A stretch of DNA of 64,000 nucleotides from Dicyema japonicum (taxonomy: Eukaryota; Animalia; Dicyemida): assembly GCA_011109175.1 (NCBI GenBank), contig RDEW01000002.1, forward strand, positions 1,408,111-1,472,110, given 5' to 3'. A program made the translations under genes and the position numbers. This document shows, in pieces, positions 26,521-39,489 of this stretch. The stretch's first letter is position 1. Each line of letters starts with the position of its first letter. The notes under the pieces were generated by a model. It had not been told where the DNA came from and searched no databases. It saw only the letters and a list, made by a program, of their open reading frames with translations.

Positions 26521-27870
26521 GCTGAGTCGTTCTCCCAAAGCGAATTGGTAAGGGTGCTTGGTCCCTTGGTCGTCAAATATAACCTTCCTAAGACATTCAG
26601 TATAGGTCTGGAGAAGGAGTCGATTGTTTTGAGCGGTACATTTCAGTTCTTTGATTTTATACTTCATGTATGCGTCGGTGATTTTACTCAACACCTCAAG
26701 ATCTTCCATCGAAAAGGCTTTCTCAGAACGCTGAACAGGATGTGAGGGTTGTTCTAATGCTCCCCTACTTTCTCAGAGATTATGTGACGAAATAGAAATC
26801 ACATCAACTCTTTGAAGCTAAGAAAAAACATCAACACGACAGGCTATCTTTTGCATGGACTTGACAATGGGAGCCTAAGAATCGGCATTTCACATCGTCT
26901 TCTCCTGCAAGAAGATCCCTAGAAGATTCCCATGCATGCTGGATAACGATCTCCCATTTACAAAGGACACTCTCTTGTATGTGATGAACCTGTTTTGATA
27001 CTTTTTCCTCCACAAATATTTGATTTCCACCACGAACTCAGACTGTCCTGACTCTGCCGAACGGAGGATAGCTGGATGCATATTCTGTTCTTAAGAACCG
27101 TTTCCGTTTCATCCCAATTGCATTTGTGACTTTTGTGGATAGGCCTGTCAGTGTTCGCAATCTCATAAAGGCTGGGATGTCATCGGAAACGGTGTTGGTT
27201 CCTCTAAGGTCATGGAATTGGGCCGATGCTCATGATCCTTCAACTTCTTTTAATTTTCAGTTTGAGTAGATTCGAACGCGATTTTCGTTCATTGGATACT
27301 TCCTCTGTTAAGACCACAAGATTTCTGGGTCTCCTGAGTGTGTCATCTCGTCTATGCTTACGAAAAGTAAGGACTTTCATACCTATAAGTAGACATTTAG
27401 TAGAATAGAAATACGTCACTGTTTCAAACTTTTGGACAAAATTTACGAGATCAAAGAGAGGAATCCTGTTAATCAAATATTCATGGCTCTTCAATTCGAT
27501 TTGATTCATGAACATTTCTTTTTGCTGATCAGCTTATTTATTTAAAGGCCCAAATAGGCATAGGAATAAAAACCAGATCAGCTAAAAAATGTAAATGACA
27601 AATAGAATATGGGAATATATTTCGTGAATTAAAAAAGTCTTTAAAATTAAAGGAAAAAAGAGTAAACGGTTGTCTTCGGGTGCCCTGACTGCGTGACTAT
27701 TCCGTCTCAGGATTGCGAGCGACATTCGCTCAAATAACCAGCAGCACTCACGAGGAGTATTAAAAGTTGATAAAAAAGTTAATTCATTTTTGTTATAAAA
27801 TTTAATTTATAAATAAAAATATTTTTTTAAACAAAAATGAATAAATTATAAAATTATTTGGCGAATGAAT

Positions 27871-27920
27871 TCTCAAGTTTTGACCATCATTTCTCAAGTT
27901 TTGACCAACATTTCTCAAGT
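27871..27920. repeat. 21-bp tandem repeat just upstream of the MBOAT gene
   Basis: TTCTCAAGTTTTGACCAWCAT, about 2.4 copies. Confidence 0.8.
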
Positions 27921-27938
27921 ATTAGTATTATAAATATA

Positions 27939-29381
27939 ATGATTCATGGGCTACTCTACATTTCCAAATATGTTATAAATATCCTGATATGCAGAATAAT
28001 TTCCTTCCATGTGATCAGAAATATAACTCTTCGCTACATATTTTCTATTTTAGCAGGATTTTATCTCCTTTATGGAGAATATGGAATGTTATTTCTCACA
28101 TTAATTATTTCAGAGAAGGATTCCACGTGTTAGCTCATTCACTGATAATATATTTGATAATATTGTACATTCCACACACTGGAAAGTCTCTTGCTCATCT
28201 TCGTATCTTTCGTATATTTGGGGGTACTACATTTCAAAACTGCGTGGGAAAATTATGAGAGTTTAACACAGTTGGCATTGCTAAGTTTGTATTGGAGACT
28301 TATTGTTAGCCCAATAATGATTTCAACCCAAAGATTAACTGCTTTAGTTATGTCATGCCACGATGGTCACCATAATGTGGAAGAAGTAAACGAGAAATAC
28401 GTTCTAAAGTCCTCATATATTGAATCGTAGAAAACATCCATCCTTGTTACAAATCCTTGGATATATTTTCTGTTTCCATGGAGTACTCTTTGGTCCTTTC
28501 TTCCATTTCAACGACTACGTAGAATACTTAGAATCCAATGAGGTAGTTTGCTTATTTCATGTAAGAAACCAAAGTTTCCCATAAAAGTTGTTTTAAAGAA
28601 GTTGATTTCTTCGCTATTAATTATTCAACTATCGAGGTATTTACTAGACTACAGAACACCATGGTGGATATACGGTGTGTTTTTTTGTTATCCCCCAGAA
28701 AAATCCATGGAAATAGATTCCGTTGTGTCGTTTTTTAGGTTTTATTTTTACGCATTTCTGTGCATCTTTGCGGTTAGAGTAAAGTACTATTTCTTCTGGT
28801 TGTTTTGTATAACATTGTCCTCAATTTAGCTGATGGATTGTTTAATTTGGCTGGATTCGGATATGACAAGGAAACCGACAACTGGTCCATGACGACAAAC
28901 GTAGATATTCTTGGTTTTGAGGTAGTTTTGAAGTCCCATCTTAGTTTGCTTCTCACATGCAGAAGGCTGTTGCTAGTTGGAACATGACAACAGTGAAATG
29001 GATCCGCTACATCCTCTACAGTAGAAATATTCCGTATAAACGGATCAAATTGTTTATCTTTATGGCTGCCTGGCATGGAGTCTACTCAGGATATTACATT
29101 TTCTTTCTGAACCTTTACATGTTTTTGCATGCAACTATAAAAGTATGACAGTGAATCACGTGTAGATGTACAAGTTCACCAAACGAATGAATATTTCACC
29201 AATGTTATCAAAAGCTGTCCAATCAGTGTGGGCTCTCGTATCAATTGGGTACATCTCCATCCCCTACGTCGTCCTCACATTGATAGTACACTTGAAATCT
29301 ATTGGTAAGGAATGTCGTTATTTTAGGTCTGTCGGCTTCTCTTTGCATTTTGTGGCTTTAATTATTATTTTAGTACTCTGA
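27939..29381 (+). CDS. MBOAT-family lysophospholipid acyltransferase (MBOAT1/2-like), 10 exons
   Basis: PIMISTQRLT, HPSLLQILGYIF..GPFF.F.DY, KYYFFW, WNMTTVKWIRY and AAWHGVYSGYY (catalytic His). Introns at 28088-28113, 28285-28309, 28409-28430, 28543-28565, 28675-28698, 28807-28829, 28922-28944, 29143-29165 and 29305-29326. Two or three small frameshifts, no nonsense codons. Confidence 0.88.
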
Positions 29382-29746
29382 CTGGGAATATATTTTTGAC
29401 GGGGGAATTATTTTATTTATTTATATTTCAATTATGTTTGTGAATAAGACTTGTGTCTTACACAAAAATAAGTAATTGTATCATGTTATTGTCTAACTTC
29501 TTTTGAATTGAGCCACTGCGTTTCTCTTTATACCACTCACTATTGTCTAGCTACTCTTAAATCTATACTGTGGTTCCATTAACTGTTTCATGTTATCTTC
29601 TAGCTCAATGGACTTTCGTTTGAGATCAATAATAACTTAACCAACATCACTCCCTTGAACATTCTGTAGTCTACTAACATACTTTTAAGAGTCCTCTTGA
29701 TCGTAATAGATTGAACATATTTTACTTACAATTATTTCAAAATCGG

Positions 29747-30034
29747 AATTTTCCCACAAGTTTTGAAATGTAGTACCCCCAAATATACGAAAGATACGAC
29801 AAGTGAGCAGGAGACCTTTCCACTGTGTGGTATGTGCATTATTATCAAATATATTATAAGTTAATGAGCTAACACGTAGAATCCTTTTCTGAAATCATTA
29901 ATATGAGAAATAACATTCTATATCTTCCATAAAGGAAATAAAATCCTACTAAAATAGAAAATATGTAGCGAAGAGTTATATTTCTGATCACATGGAAGCA
30001 AATTATTCTGGCATATCAGGATATCTATCACATT
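29747..30034 (-). pseudogene. Inverted partial duplicate of the MBOAT 5' end (27969-28254)
   Basis: Reverse complement aligns at roughly 90% identity and includes intron 1. Confidence 0.85.
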
Positions 30035-30320
30035 CACAAAGGAAAACTTATCGATATCTTGGAGAATTTGGTTGAGGCAGTACAGTGTCAGAATAATCCT
30101 TCTATTACTCGGAACAACGCAACTACGTGTACGTTTTGGAAATTTGGAGTCTGTCCCAATCGAGACAATGTACGGGGTACGCAGGGAAGATTCTTGTCAC
30201 TGGTTCTTTTGTGACATATCTGGAAGGCGGCACTCAGAGACTTCAGACTATTAATGTGGCGAACTTATTTCAAACTGAAGTGATTTATGCAGATGATATC
30301 GACTATATATCCAGGAATTT
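30035..30320 (+). mobile_element. RTE-like RT fragment
   Basis: GVRREDS...YLE...IYADDID. Confidence 0.6.
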
Positions 30321-30344
30321 GCTAATTTTATACTATATATAGGA

Positions 30345-30710
30345 ATCCTACACACGCCTCGGAGTTAAGGGTATCAGGTCGGCGCTGAGATCGCCTTTCC
30401 AGCATATGTGTAATCGAAGCCTTTTGGTTCAAGATATCCTACGTTTTCCAACTGACTTTCTTGGGAAAAAGTCTTCGACGAAGCTCGTCGCGAATGATGT
30501 GAAACTGGTTTGGATATGCCGAACGATCCTTCGAGCAACGCGTGACTGGGATGATGTCTACTTCAAGAATATCTTCGACGTTGCTGAGAGCTCTTGAAGC
30601 GGCAATGCATCCCGGCAGTACTGAGCCCGTGAGATTGGACCCCGGAGATGGGAAAAGACCGGATGGGTTAACTATTTTTCCGTTCACTGACGGAAAATCG
30701 CTCGTATGAA
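30345..30710 (+). mobile_element. CRE-like family A fragment with internal deletion
   Basis: Matches 34340-34920; DGKRPDGLTIFPF. Confidence 0.8.
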
Positions 30711-30714
30711 ATTT

Positions 30715-31135
30715 TTTCATTTGCATTCCTAATATTTTTCTGAAATTATAATAATTTTTCAAAGCTTCAGGAAAGAAATTGAGGTATAGTTCAAATTCCT
30801 AGCTACTTTTATAGCAATGTTTTTAAGAATAGGTCCTGAAACGGGAATAAATTCTTCCCTTGCTTTAAAAAAGCATTCATAAACAATTCTATCGAATTTC
30901 TGTGACAGACTGTCTCTTCTCTGAAATTTGACTAAGACAATTTGATTGTACGGACCCATTATTTATAGAGTTCATATAATTTTGTTTAATTCTTGATACT
31001 GCTCCTAAAAAATAGAATTATCAGATAACCTTTACTAATTTTATACTTTTTGACAATATCTCGCTCATGAAACAATTTTCGTTGATTTCTTGGACAATTT
31101 TAAGCTTTAACTCCAGAGTAAGCTTCCTCCCCATG
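30715..31135 (-). mobile_element. pogo/Tigger transposase N-terminus (HTH-psq/CENP-B)
   Basis: MGRKLTLELKLKIV and AREEFIPVSGPILKNIA. Confidence 0.75.
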
Positions 31136-31201
31136 ACAACAAAAACGTAAATCTAACACGCGAAGTTTAAGAAAATGTTATATAATTAAATTTAATATTA
31201 A

Positions 31202-31312
31202 TTGCAAGAAGGGTTATGGCTAAGACAAAAAATTGAAATAGCCATACTCCGAGAGAACTCGACGCAATCCACGCAGCAGGCTTCCTCAACTGACATTTGT
31301 TTAATTGTTAAA
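31202..31312 (+). mobile_element. CRE-like extreme 3' end, same family as 17335-17917
   Basis: GAAGGGTTATGGCTAAGACAAAA...GCTTCCTCAACTGACATTTGTTTAATTG. Confidence 0.8.
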
Positions 31313-31479
31313 AAAAATTTTTGTATAAAAAAAAATTGCAAGACTTTATATAAATTAAAAAAATTAAGTGCCCCACTAAGAGGTTCAGGTAATTTCCAAA
31401 TTTGGAAATTACTGTATAAAAATGATCTAATTTTCAAACTGCCCAAAACCTGGGGGTGCTCCAAAAATAGATGTGCCCC

Positions 31480-32250
31480 AATGAGGAGGTCCGCCCCAAA
31501 TGGAGGTTGCACTGTACCGATTCAATCTCTTGAATACAATCCGATCCATAATCTTTGATGTAGAACATATAAGGCATATTGGCCTATAACTAAAAAGACC
31601 TTTCTCGACTTTCCAGGTTTGAGGATCATCTTCACAATAGAACGCTTCCATAACGGAGGTTGTAGAACAAATAGTAGTTCATCGGACCCTTCTTTAAACA
31701 TAGTCATTGGAATGCTATCGAATCCAGGAGCCTTGTGTTTGCACTCGCGTATAGAAATTCTGACTTGTGACAGAGTGATTTCCTCTACCAGACTTTCCAG
31801 ATCGCCCATAGAGTAATCCATAGAATTAGATATCTCCTCTGAAAATTTCTCAGGTATAATACTAACAGGGTCAACTCCCTGTATTTTTTCCAGTTGTTTT
31901 CTGATACCGAAGGTACCCTTTCCAGGGGAATTGTGTTTCCCTCTTGATCGGCCAGCACAATATTTTTTGCCTTTAAATTTTCATCATTAAGCCTTTTGTA
32001 CATTTTTCAGAAACAAGGGTTCTTCCAGTTAACCTTCGAGGCTGCATTCTTCAATTTATTTTCGGCATTCACTTTCCAAACTCTTTGCAATATTTTTTGA
32101 ATCACATCAATTCTTTTTTTCAGAGTTGTCCTGTCCCACAAATCAACACATCGTCTGTGCTTCGCCTTCGGAGGATTCCGCTCGCGAATAAGATTCCGTA
32201 TTGTACGTGGGCAAGACTGTTTGTTCTTCAGAAAGCTCTTGGAGTCGACA
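31480..32250 (-). mobile_element. LINE pre-RT/RT N-terminal fragment
   Basis: KAPGFDSI, ILKPGK and SYRPICL. Confidence 0.7.
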
Positions 32251-32289
32251 GAAGATTACTGTTATTGCAAGTTTCTTTAATGAAGACTG

Positions 32290-33962
32290 CCAAGAATGAT
32301 TCGCTTACTACTTTCTGGGACTAAACTTACTGTCCGAGTTTTAAATAGGACCACTGGAACACCACAGAGTGACTCGCTTTCGCCTGTCCTTTTTATTGTA
32401 TACCTTGAGGCAGAGCTGAGATCCCTCAGGATGCGAAAGACATATGCCATGGAAATATTTTATGCCGACGATATTGATTTTTTATGTTAAAATAACTGTA
32501 AATTGGAACGGTTATCGGGCGGAATCTCCAATGAATGAAAATACTGGGTTTTGACCGTCAACATGAAAGACCGAGTTTATAACAATTACAAGATAACCTG
32601 AGTATGATGAAGAAGGTTGGAGGAAAAAAGAAAATTGGGATCTTTACTTGGAGACAGTGATCACATGAAGCACAGGAGGGTCATAATGTAGAAGAAATGG
32701 AAAACATACGGAGCGAGAGAAAATTTTTGAAAACAAATTTGAGAATATATAATGCATACAATCTCCAACAGGCAATCTCCAAGTCGGCCAATATATGCCT
32801 TGGAGTCCGAAATCATCACGCCCTAAAATTAAATCACCTCCCGAACGTGCCAGATATTGCAAAACATTGCAGAGAGCTACGGCTAAAAGCGGCAAACACG
32901 TCAGACGAGAGTGAAAAAAAAGCTTAATATCCAACAAAGGGAACTAAAATGGAAAATCAAAAAGATGAACAGAAAACACTCACGGGAAATTATTACATTT
33001 CTATTAAAAGATGTGGAATGCCTAAAAGACAATCAAGGATGTATGCGGCTTTGCGGCTGCTGCGGGTAAAGAAAGGACAAAACATCCTTCACATCAAAAA
33101 CAAAGATGGAAAATTTGTGGATAACCCGAAAGAAAAAGCAGAATTGATTGCACGACACTTCAAAACACTGTTGAATAAAGAAAATAATGACTTTCCCCCT
33201 TTCCAAGGAGAAGCAAAAGCGCTAAAAATCCCAATCACAGTGGAAGAGGTGGAATTAGCGATAAATAAACTGAAGAACAACAAGAGTGCTGGGCCGGACA
33301 ACATAAGCCCTGAGCTCCTAAAATATGGGCCAAAAAAACTTAGCGACACAATTGCAAAAACCCTAAATGCCGTCTTTGAAACTAATACCGATCTAGGACT
33401 TGGAAATGGATTATTAATACCCATACAAAAACCGAACAAATCAAAAGGACCAGTAGAAAATCTCCGCCCGATAATACTTCTGAATTCGATACGCAAGGTG
33501 CTGGCAAACATTGCACTAAGCCGGATGAAGGGTGTGGCGGATACCTACAGCAAGTTAAATTGGGTTCCGAGAAGGGAGGTCTACCACTGGTATCTACAAC
33601 AAGTGTATGTGTTCTTACATCAGCAAGGATGTGATAGATGCCTGGTGGAGGCTATTTGGGCATGTACTAAGAATGAACCCGGACGCACTCGCTAACGAAG
33701 CGATGGAAGATTACTTTGACAGTTGCGAAAAACCCTTCCGCGGACGACCTAGATCGACACTTCCGACAGCCCTAAACAAAGACTTAAATCGTGTGAGAAA
33801 AAATCTAAAGACGGGAGACGACCTGGACGAATTGAGATCACTCGCATTCGACAGAGGAAGATGGAAGAGATTAACTATAAATATTGTTTCTATAAGTGTT
33901 GGACATGCGGGATTATAAACATTATGACTTTCGTGAAAGTGCTTTAATAATAATAATAATAT
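32290..33962 (+). mobile_element. RTE-like LINE, internally rearranged
   Basis: GTPQSDSLSP..YADD precedes KSAGPDNI..NLRPIILL; 3' RLFGHVLRM..GRPR; (TAA)n tail. Confidence 0.85.
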
Positions 33963-34119
33963 AATGCATACACAAACACGGTGTTGATGCACGATTCGGG
34001 TGGTGGATCTGTTAAACTCAAGATATAGGCAAATAAGTCATGGCAACCCCAAGAAAAAAGTGATTATTATTCTTCCACAAAAAAAAATTTTCACATTAAT
34101 TTAAAAAGTAATGTTGAAA

Positions 34120-35260
34120 TCGAGAGGTCACGAGAAACTCTCCTTACTCGATGGTCATACAGCGTTCTTCTTTTTAAAAAATAGTATCGGCTTGCTTAAA
34201 CTCCTATATGCTCTCCGATGTTCTCCCTGCTTCAAACATAGTGACATCCTTCTGTCACTGGATCGGACATTGAGAAAATCAGCTGAATTGCTTCTAAACA
34301 TCCACTTTGATGTGCCGAGTTAGAACCAATACAAGCTTCCTACACGCCTCAGAGGAACAGGTCTCAGGTCGACGTTGGAGATCGCCTATCCAGCATATGT
34401 GTCATCGCTCTCAAGTGGAAGCCTTTTGATCCAAGATATGGTGTGAAACTGGTTTGGATATTCCAAACGATCCTTCGATGCAACGTGACTGGGATGATAT
34501 TTACTCCAAGAATATCTTCGACGTGCTAAAGTCTGAGGCCAACCAGCATTGTCTTGCATGCCTCGTGTCCGCCGCCAACCATGGGAGCTGAGCGTGGCTG
34601 GATGCACTCCCGTGTTCCTCCCTGGAGACCCTTTTGGACGATGACTGTATTCGGATTAAGATCGCACAACGTCTGGGAGTTGATGTTCGCGTCGAACACT
34701 AATGTCGCTGTGGAGGGATTGTCGATGCCAAAGGGCTGCATCCGCTCTCGTGCAAAAGGAGTGCGGGCAGAGCACCCCGCCATGCTGCTATGAACAACAT
34801 TGTCATGCGAGCTCTTCAAGCGGCAGGCTTTCCGGCAGTACTGGATTGGACCGCGGAGATGGGAAAAGACCGGATGGGTTAACTATATTTCCGTTCATTG
34901 AGGGAAAATCGCTTGTATGGGACTGCACTGTTGTGGATTTTTTCTCGAACTCGATGATACTCAGCTTGGCACAGTCTGCTGGATCGGCAGCCGATCTGGC
35001 CGTGAAAATCAAGGTTAAAAAATATGGCGAAATTGGAGACCGCTACCGTTTTGTACCGGTAGCAATCGAGAAGTCTGGTGCGGCCGGAAGTATTACAGCC
35101 TCTTTCCTAAAGGAAATCGGGGGAAAATTGGCCCACCGCAAGAAAGACGTGCGGGAAGCGGTCTGGCTGAGACAAAGAATTGATATCGCAGTTGTCCGCG
35201 AAAACGCTTACTCCGTAATTTCAGCAGCCGCTCTTTTCCTTAGTTAATAAATAATATTAT
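34120..35260 (+). mobile_element. CRE-like family A 3' half
   Basis: CRCG, LHPLSC, KRPDG, LVWD and VPVAIE. Confidence 0.9.
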
Positions 35261-37454
35261 ATTGTTAATTAAATATTTAAAAATAAACAAGTTTTTATTA
35301 AAATAATCCGTTATTTTTTTCCCCTACAATCTTTGTATTTTTAATATCTTAAGATAAAATCTTAAGAAACTCGTAAAATTTTGTTAGAGTTTGTGGCATA
35401 AATTTAAAAATACCATTTTCCAATTCATTCATTGAAAATATGATTGTTTTGAATGTTGTCGACTCATAATCATCATTTCCGTCATAAAACGTTTTATCGT
35501 CTGTCTCTTCTTCTTGAATCACGTTGTGGACAATATTTTCGATCTGATTTTCTTCAATTGAATGAGCATTGTCGTGTTATTCTATTCTATGTTTATTTAT
35601 TTTCCGCCAACAATTTTCAATCACATTTCAAGAAATACTTGTCCTCGTATTTCCAACAACCGTTATTCCATGTCTCAGATTGATTTCATATAGGTTTTTT
35701 TGAAAATTAAGTTTTATTTCAACTAATTATATTTTTACTACTATTAAATAAATATTAAAAACATGTTGTTTACACGTTTTTTTGAATGCCATGTATTTTT
35801 AAGTCTTCTCTGTCTAAAGCAACATTAATCGTTAACAAATTTCCAAGAGAATTTCAATTATATAATAACCATGAGTTCTTTTGCATACTATGGTTAACGA
35901 CAGTGATGTGCCTCAAAAAAGCACTTTGTTAACCTTCACAGATCGTCCAGGAAACATAAAATTTCCGTTGGTAAGGATTTTTTGATGATATAGATAGATC
36001 GTTTGACAACATTTAGCCAACAATGAATCTGAAATTGGAAACTGGGATTTGAAGCTCTTCATAAATGTGACATTCCGTTAAACAAATTATCAATGCCTTT
36101 ATTGAAGACGAAGGAATTTTGTAACTTCTACGAAGAATGCATTGAAAAGTGAAAAAATGGTACAGAACTTATGCGCTATTTCGCATAACTATTCACATAT
36201 TCCAGCTTTTTCTTATATAGTAATTTATTACATAGAAATATATTACATTTTGAATGTAACGAGTGTATAATAGAGTACGCATATTCGACAGTTAGTGCAA
36301 TAGATTTTGGGAAAAATGAAACAGGGGTCAAAATATTTGGAGAAGAGAATTTTGGATAGTGACCTAACTAAAATTATTAATATGGAATGTAAAAATGTAT
36401 CTCCTGAAAATTATTCGTTCCTTCTAAATTGTCAGCCATTCTCGTAAAAGATGTTTTTCGCAATTCAAGAGTTTTTTGAGTACAAACAGAAACTTTTGTA
36501 CACGAAATCTGGAAAATTACGTATTGTCCATTTTCAATAAATAATCTTTAAAACAACATTTGTCTTTTATTGTTTACAAGTTTAAATTGATAATAAATAA
36601 AATTAAGTTTTTTTTAATTTTAAGTTTAAAAAAATATTTGCTTTAATTATTACACAATTGAGGGGTTGTGTGCTATGTTGCTTTGATTTCAAATTTGGTT
36701 TCTCGTTTAATTTACTTTCTCGAACGGGCGTACCCCCTTCGGTTGTCACAATATAGATGATATCAAGTTATCCACAGGGACCGACTTTTGTTGTACTCAC
36801 GCTCTCATTTTATTTGTGGGATCATCTCATATGCGTGTATTTGATTGTTTATAGAAAGTGCTCGCGATGCTGTTTCAACACTATGTTCCCTGCAGTAACC
36901 AACAAGGAGTGATATTATTCTGGAAATTGAACAGGAATGATTGCTTCCTTAGATTAAATAATTGTTAATATCTTCATAATACCATTGATCAGTCTAATAG
37001 CTAGAACGTGATTTAATAACGTGGTTGAGTTTTGCATCACAATGATTATGATCCTCTTCTGTAAGTTACCCTTTAAGACATTGATCTTATATTCCAGGAC
37101 CCAAGGTATCGATGACCATCCATTCTATGAAGTTTAACTTGGCAGTATATTAGTAGCATATCCAGTTGTTTCAGCAAATATCAACCCGTCGGATTCCTTC
37201 ACAGCTATATATGCGGTAGCTGGATTGTCCCCATTCTCCTAATTGATAGTTTAGTGTCGTGAGTCCCTAAGGGATAAAAAAAGAGATCCCCTATAGAATC
37301 ACTCGAATAAAGTGCACTCCCTTCGTATTGACAATTTTTTAGTAAGGTGGTAGGATCAAAGTCAACTTTCTAGAAAGAAGTTATACACCCCATCGCATCC
37401 ACTTTCCTCTACTTTGACAAATTAATTCACTCAAAGATCCTTTCCTTCGTGAAC

Positions 37455-39480
37455 TCCCCAAAATCTCAGAAAAGAGAATAGATGGAGACCCTAGTTCCGA
37501 AAGGAAATAGACATAACATAATGCGAAGAATAAAAACAAAAAACAAAATTTTCAGTGCATTATGAATTTTGTATTTGATAATCACTTCAATGGTAAGTGT
37601 GAGGGACAAATAATTATTCGACTGACATCTGAATGAGGAATTGCTACTTTTAATGTCATAAAAATTGAGAGGATTCAGGCAGGTTGTGAAACGTCAATTA
37701 ATAATATATGGCAAATATAGTATCTTGTGCGAATGACGGACATTTGCTATAGTTGGCAAACAGATTATTGACATTTTATAGCAAATCCGTCCAAACACGT
37801 AAACTTCCCAAAAAATTTCTATAAAAATTGTATTTTATAAATTAAAAACCGTTTTTTTTCAAATCAATTAGATCAATCTGCCATGTGCCATGATACATTT
37901 AGAGTATTAGTCTTGATGTCTTTCAGTGAAACTGTCTATTCCAATGTGGATTAAATTGTTAAGAATTTAACTAGGTACTGCATTTTTAACAACTCTTTAG
38001 TGACGAAACTAAGATGATGGATATGTTGAACTATCTTAATTATTTTAAAAACCTTAAAAAGAAAAATAATGAAAGCCTTCCTGTGGTTCACAGTGGAGGA
38101 ACCGATATTACTCAGGGACATTCAGTAAGGTTTTAGGTTACCTATAGACCAGAATCTGAGTGAATTTGGAATGAAAAAATATGTTTTCATTTTCTCAATG
38201 TCTTCTCCCGAGAAAAAATTCTGTGGAAATGTCCATAGAAGTCTCAGGGGGTCGTTCTGGAGACTAATGAATATGTGGAAGACTGCACCCATTTGATTTC
38301 AGGTTCACTCTCCTCCAATATAAACTCTGTCGTGCATGTCCGGAGGAAAGTGGATTCTCAAAATTTCTTTCGTATTTGAATGCCAATCCGCCTTGTTTAT
38401 TATTGATGTATGTTATTGATTTCATGAGAATTGATTCACCAGTTGTGAAATCCTTTGAAATATTGAACGAGGACGAGCATACTGATAAATCGTCAGTCTG
38501 ATCTCTCCAAGAATTGAGAGATATAATCTCAAGATTGCAGGAGCTTAGTGCTATCCTGGGAATGGATAAACCTGGCAATGGAGATCCCAGGTCATTTAAA
38601 AAGTAATCAACGAGAGGTCTGAAGATAGTTTTGGTGAATTCCCGATCCTAGGGAAAAGGCATCGTGATCTGGCACTACTTTCGACGACCACCAAGGTTGA
38701 CGTTTTAATGGTCAACGAGACAAAAGTGAAGAAGACTCAAACTCACACTATGGACGGATACTACTCGATAAATATACTATGGGAAGACGGTGCTATGGGT
38801 GGCACGGAAACTTCCCTTTCTACCGTGATGACTTACAAGTACGGAATCCTAACATCATCTCGGCCTCACAGTGCGAATTCGTGTCTATTGAAGTACGTTT
38901 CTGCGGATGATGGATAAATATAGGGGGTATATATTCGAAGGACATAAGGGACTGTTTACAGACATTAACAAATTCTTTGAGCAAAATGCGATGGCTATAC
39001 AAGTGGGTGACCTAAATACTAAGAACGTGAGTTACGGGTGCTACAAAATCAATGCAGATAAACGACTACTGAAGATCTTAGCCGAGAATGATGGCCTTGA
39101 AGTCATGAGCCAAACCACTTCTCTCACCATGGCGGAGACATGCTTGGAGTGTTCTTATCGCAACTACACGCATGTGGGATATCTGAAGTGACCATATTCA
39201 CCAAGAACGTGCCTTGAACATGAAACCGGATATCATCGAGATGTTTCCATTAAATACAACATATCTCACATATACTGAAAACACTATCGGCAATTTTTGT
39301 CTCAAGAACCTTCGTAGATGGATGAAAATACCTACGACAAGCCATGAGACGTGATCTATCAGACCTAATTCTGTCATACTTACGACTGTATGGAATGAAA
39401 ACAACTTTAAAAAGAGTATCAATCCTACATATATAATAATTGATCTAATTATTATTATTACCCCCAGGATCACTGGGTCA
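37455..39480 (+). mobile_element. LINE 5' region (ORF1-like plus APE)
   Basis: VNETK, GDLN and SDH APE motifs; inverted twin at 7216-8890. Confidence 0.8.
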
Positions 39481-39489
39481 AAGAGAAAG

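Noticed and set aside
35870-37450. Possible decayed host genes with tiny introns (cadherin-like VSAIDFG)
   Set aside because: No consistent frame or convincing family motif could be built.
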